The notes under the pieces: generated by a model | Databases searched by the model: none | The model's input: the letters and a program-made list of their open reading frames with translations, nothing else | Told to the model about the DNA's origin: nothing | Translations under genes and position numbers: made by a program | Origin: Podarcis bocagei | Taxonomy: Eukaryota | Reading direction: 5' to 3' (one strand) | Assembly: GCA_964188305.1 (NCBI GenBank) | Contig: OZ076889.1 | DNA: 64,000 nucleotides | Shown here: positions 61,641-64,000 of the stretch, piece after piece | How the letters are laid out: each line of letters opens with the position of its first letter | How positions within the stretch are numbered: position 1 is the stretch's first letter

Positions 61641-62052
61641 GGTGTTTAGTCGTTGAGTCATGTACGACTCTTCGTGACCCCATGGACCAGAGCACGCCAG
61701 GCACTCCTGTCTTCCACTGTCTCCCACAGTTTGGTCAAACTCATGCTGGTAGCTTCGAGAACACTGTCCAACCATCTCGTCCTCTGTCGTCCCCTTCTCC
61801 TTGTGCCCTCCATTTTTCCCAACATCAGGGTCTTTTCCAGGGAGTCTTCTCTTCTCATGAGGTGGCCAAAGTATTGGAGCCTCAGCTTCAGGATGTGTCC
61901 TTCCAGTGAGCACTCAGGGCTGATTTCCTTCAGAATGGATAGGTTTGATCTTCTTGCAGTCCATGGGACTCTCAAGAATCTCCTCCAGCACCATAATTCA
62001 AAAGCATCAATTCTTCGGCGATCAGTATGGTCCAGCTCTCACTTCCATACAT
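61641..62052 (-). mobile_element. RTE-BovB LINE, 5'-truncated copy
   Basis: Minus ORF 61658-61975 RVPWTARRSNLSILKEISPECSLEG..LKLRLQYFGHLMRREDSLEKTLMLGK.EG.RRRGRQRTRWLD..WRALVHGVTKSRT is the BovB C-terminus. Near-TSD CTCCAGCTT (61631-61639) / CTCCAACTT (62053-62061). Confidence 0.93.
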
Positions 62053-62124
62053 CTCCAACTTACACATGGGCAAATCACCAGGAGATAGCTAGCAAGTGGG
62101 TGAGAAACTCAAATATGTCTAAAG

Positions 62125-62405
62125 CAGGCACATCCAACTCCCAAGAGACTGCGATCTACTCCCAGTATAAAAAAACTGGCAGTGATCTACCCATTGTCAT
62201 TGGGGGGAGGAGAAAGGTGGGTGGGTTGCCCAGAGTTGTTGACCTTTTTTGGGGGGAGGATTCCACAGAGTTTTTGAGCTTTTTTTTTTTTTAGTTAACT
62301 TTTTGAACACTTTATTTAAGCCCACGATAGATAAGGATCCAAGGATCTACCAGGATCAGCCGGGGATCTTCCGGTAGATCACGATCTACTGGTTGGACAT
62401 GCCTG
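62125..62405. mobile_element. hAT (Charlie-like) MITE, 281 bp
   Basis: TIRs CAGGCACATCCAAC / GTTGGACATGCCTG; TSD GTCTAAAG / GTGTAAAG (7/8); repeated internal GATCTAC/GTAGATC motifs. Confidence 0.85.
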
Positions 62406-62939
62406 GTGTAAAGCAACCCCTGTTTAGACATATCTAAAAGGATCCCTCCTAGCCAAGTAGCATAACCCACCTGCAGCCCATCCCTTCTTTAGATGGGGGT
62501 GCAGCTTACTTCACATTGTGGTAAGCCAGCCATATTGCATTGGGGGGGCTCCTTCTATACCTTCTGTAGAGTGGGTCCCTGGACTTTTGCCCTGAGGGCA
62601 CCACTGTCACTATTCTTATTACTAGACTGGTAGCAAAATAAAAATAGACCTCAGCTAGATGGTGGTCTAGTTTTGGATCTGAGCTTTCTGGTTCTCAGAC
62701 AGCAAGAGGCGATGTCCAGCTGCTTTCAGCTCCTGTTGCTGGAACCAAACTGATTGCCAAGTCAGAGCGATGACCTTTCACAGCAGCTGGCTCCCCACAG
62801 GGCTGGAAGGATGGAGCGGAGGCCAGTGGCTGCAGCTGCCAACTCTGCAGCTCCTCACTTTCTTCACTCCCTTCTGCGGTGCAGTTTGTCATTCAGTCAG
62901 CGGAAAGCTCCCCTTTGCATTGGTGGAGAGAGGGAAAGG

Positions 62940-62942
<3 letters not shown>

Positions 62943-62999
<57 letters not shown>
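62943..62999. repeat. Compound (GT)n(GA)n microsatellite
   Basis: Seen directly. Confidence 0.98.
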
Positions 63000-63003
<4 letters not shown>

Positions 63004-63489
63004 CAGGGAGCTATGACTCAGCGATGCGTAGTCCCAGGGAAATTAGCAACTGAACTGCCTCTAATTAAAACTGTGCCCGGTAAATTCACTGGACTGGATC
63101 AGACATGCTGCTCTATGTCTTCCCTCACTCTGAAAATAAAAGTGCTGAGGAATGCCTCATACACAATGCCACATAAATGTTAATAGGAAAACCCGTTGCT
63201 TGGGTAATGTGCACATTACACACATCACTCAGGAATTGCGCTTGGTGGAATGGCAAGCGGGGGACTGAGGAAAGTCTTCTTTCATTAGCCTGGCTCAGAT
63301 AACATTTGGTCCAAACCTTAAGCCCACATAGGTTAGCTAATGTGGGCGTTAGCTGGTTACAGTATAAGTGTAATGAATTTTAAGAATCAGTCATTCACAC
63401 GGCAACCAAGCGCATTTTCTCTCTCCCCTCCCTCTTCCCAGCTAGTTTTGATTTGGGCTCCCCAGGTGTGCATCAAAACTTAGCTGTGA

Positions 63490-63972
63490 TAGTTGGGTAT
63501 GTGTAGCCTGGATAGGAGGAGGCTTAGAAGAGATATGATAGCCTTTTTCTAATATCTAAAGGGCTGTTGCATGGAAGATGGAACATAAACAGGGTTGCCT
63601 TATGTCCTCTTTTTCCAGGACATGCCCTCTTTTTCATGGGTGGAGTCGTCATGGTGATCCATAGTTAAAAGTAGAAATTGTGTCCTCCTTTTTGCTCTTC
63701 TAAATATGGCAATGCTAGCAAGCTTGTTTTTTTCCTGCTCCAGAGGGTAGGACCCAAACCGAAGGATTCAAGTTACAAGAAATGAGATTCCAACTAAACA
63801 TCAGGAATAGTTTTCTGACAGTAAGAGATGTTAAACATTGGAACTGACTCCCTTCGAAGGTGGTGGATTTTACTTCCTTGGAGGTTTTTAAGGAGAGGTT
63901 GGATGGCCATTTTCCATGGATGCCTTAGAGGAGATTCCTGCATTGCAGGGGGTTGGACTAGATGAATCTGGG
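63490..63972 (+). mobile_element. CR1 3' fragment with a nested MITE at ~63590-63717
   Basis: CR1 strings shared with the 32.3-33.1 kb copy (AGGCTTAGA..AGATATGATAGCC, GCTCCAGAGGGTAGGAC, GGGGGTTGGACTAGATGA) are interrupted by AGGGTTGCC...ATGGCAATGCTA inverted termini. Confidence 0.82.
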
Positions 63973-64000
63973 GCATCAATCCATGTTTTTATGACTGTTG

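Noticed and set aside
61653-62294. 213-aa + strand ORF
   Set aside because: Antisense reading of the BovB fragment running into the MITE.
45918-62999. (CT)n(CA)n and (GT)n(GA)n as a long-range inverted pair
   Set aside because: Common compound microsatellites; the flanks share no homology.
1-64000. CRISPR arrays, rRNA genes, prokaryotic operons, endogenous viral genes
   Set aside because: No repeat-spacer arrays or such homologies seen; the sequence is an intron-rich vertebrate locus.

Overview
Vertebrate genomic DNA, very probably a squamate reptile (lizard), judged from the repeat content: RTE-BovB, CR1, L2, Squam3-like tRNA SINEs and hAT MITEs. Bases 1-18724 hold the 3' part of neuron navigator 1 (NAV1) on the + strand: 13 GT-AG coding exons whose phases chain correctly, encoding coiled-coil and AAA+ ATPase regions and ending at TAA 18722-18724. 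A proximal poly(A) signal lies at 19388, and a probable ~12 kb 3'UTR runs to a distal signal near 31100. A NAV1 intron carries a ~1.87 kb Chapaev-type DNA transposon (222-2093) whose transposase is frameshifted twice but has no internal stops. Bases ~31.2-46 kb are intergenic, with TE fragments, a CTCF motif and TALE/Hox motif clusters. At ~46.0-47.0 kb a CpG-island promoter has a probable non-coding first exon and a REST/RE1 site, pointing to a neuronal gene with no coding exons in this window; SYT2 is a synteny-based guess only. Most six-frame ORFs outside NAV1 and the TEs look spurious. I found no convincing new biological system; the best leads are the transposons and the splicing and regulatory motif clusters. 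Family names and orthologue comparisons come from recalled knowledge, not searches.
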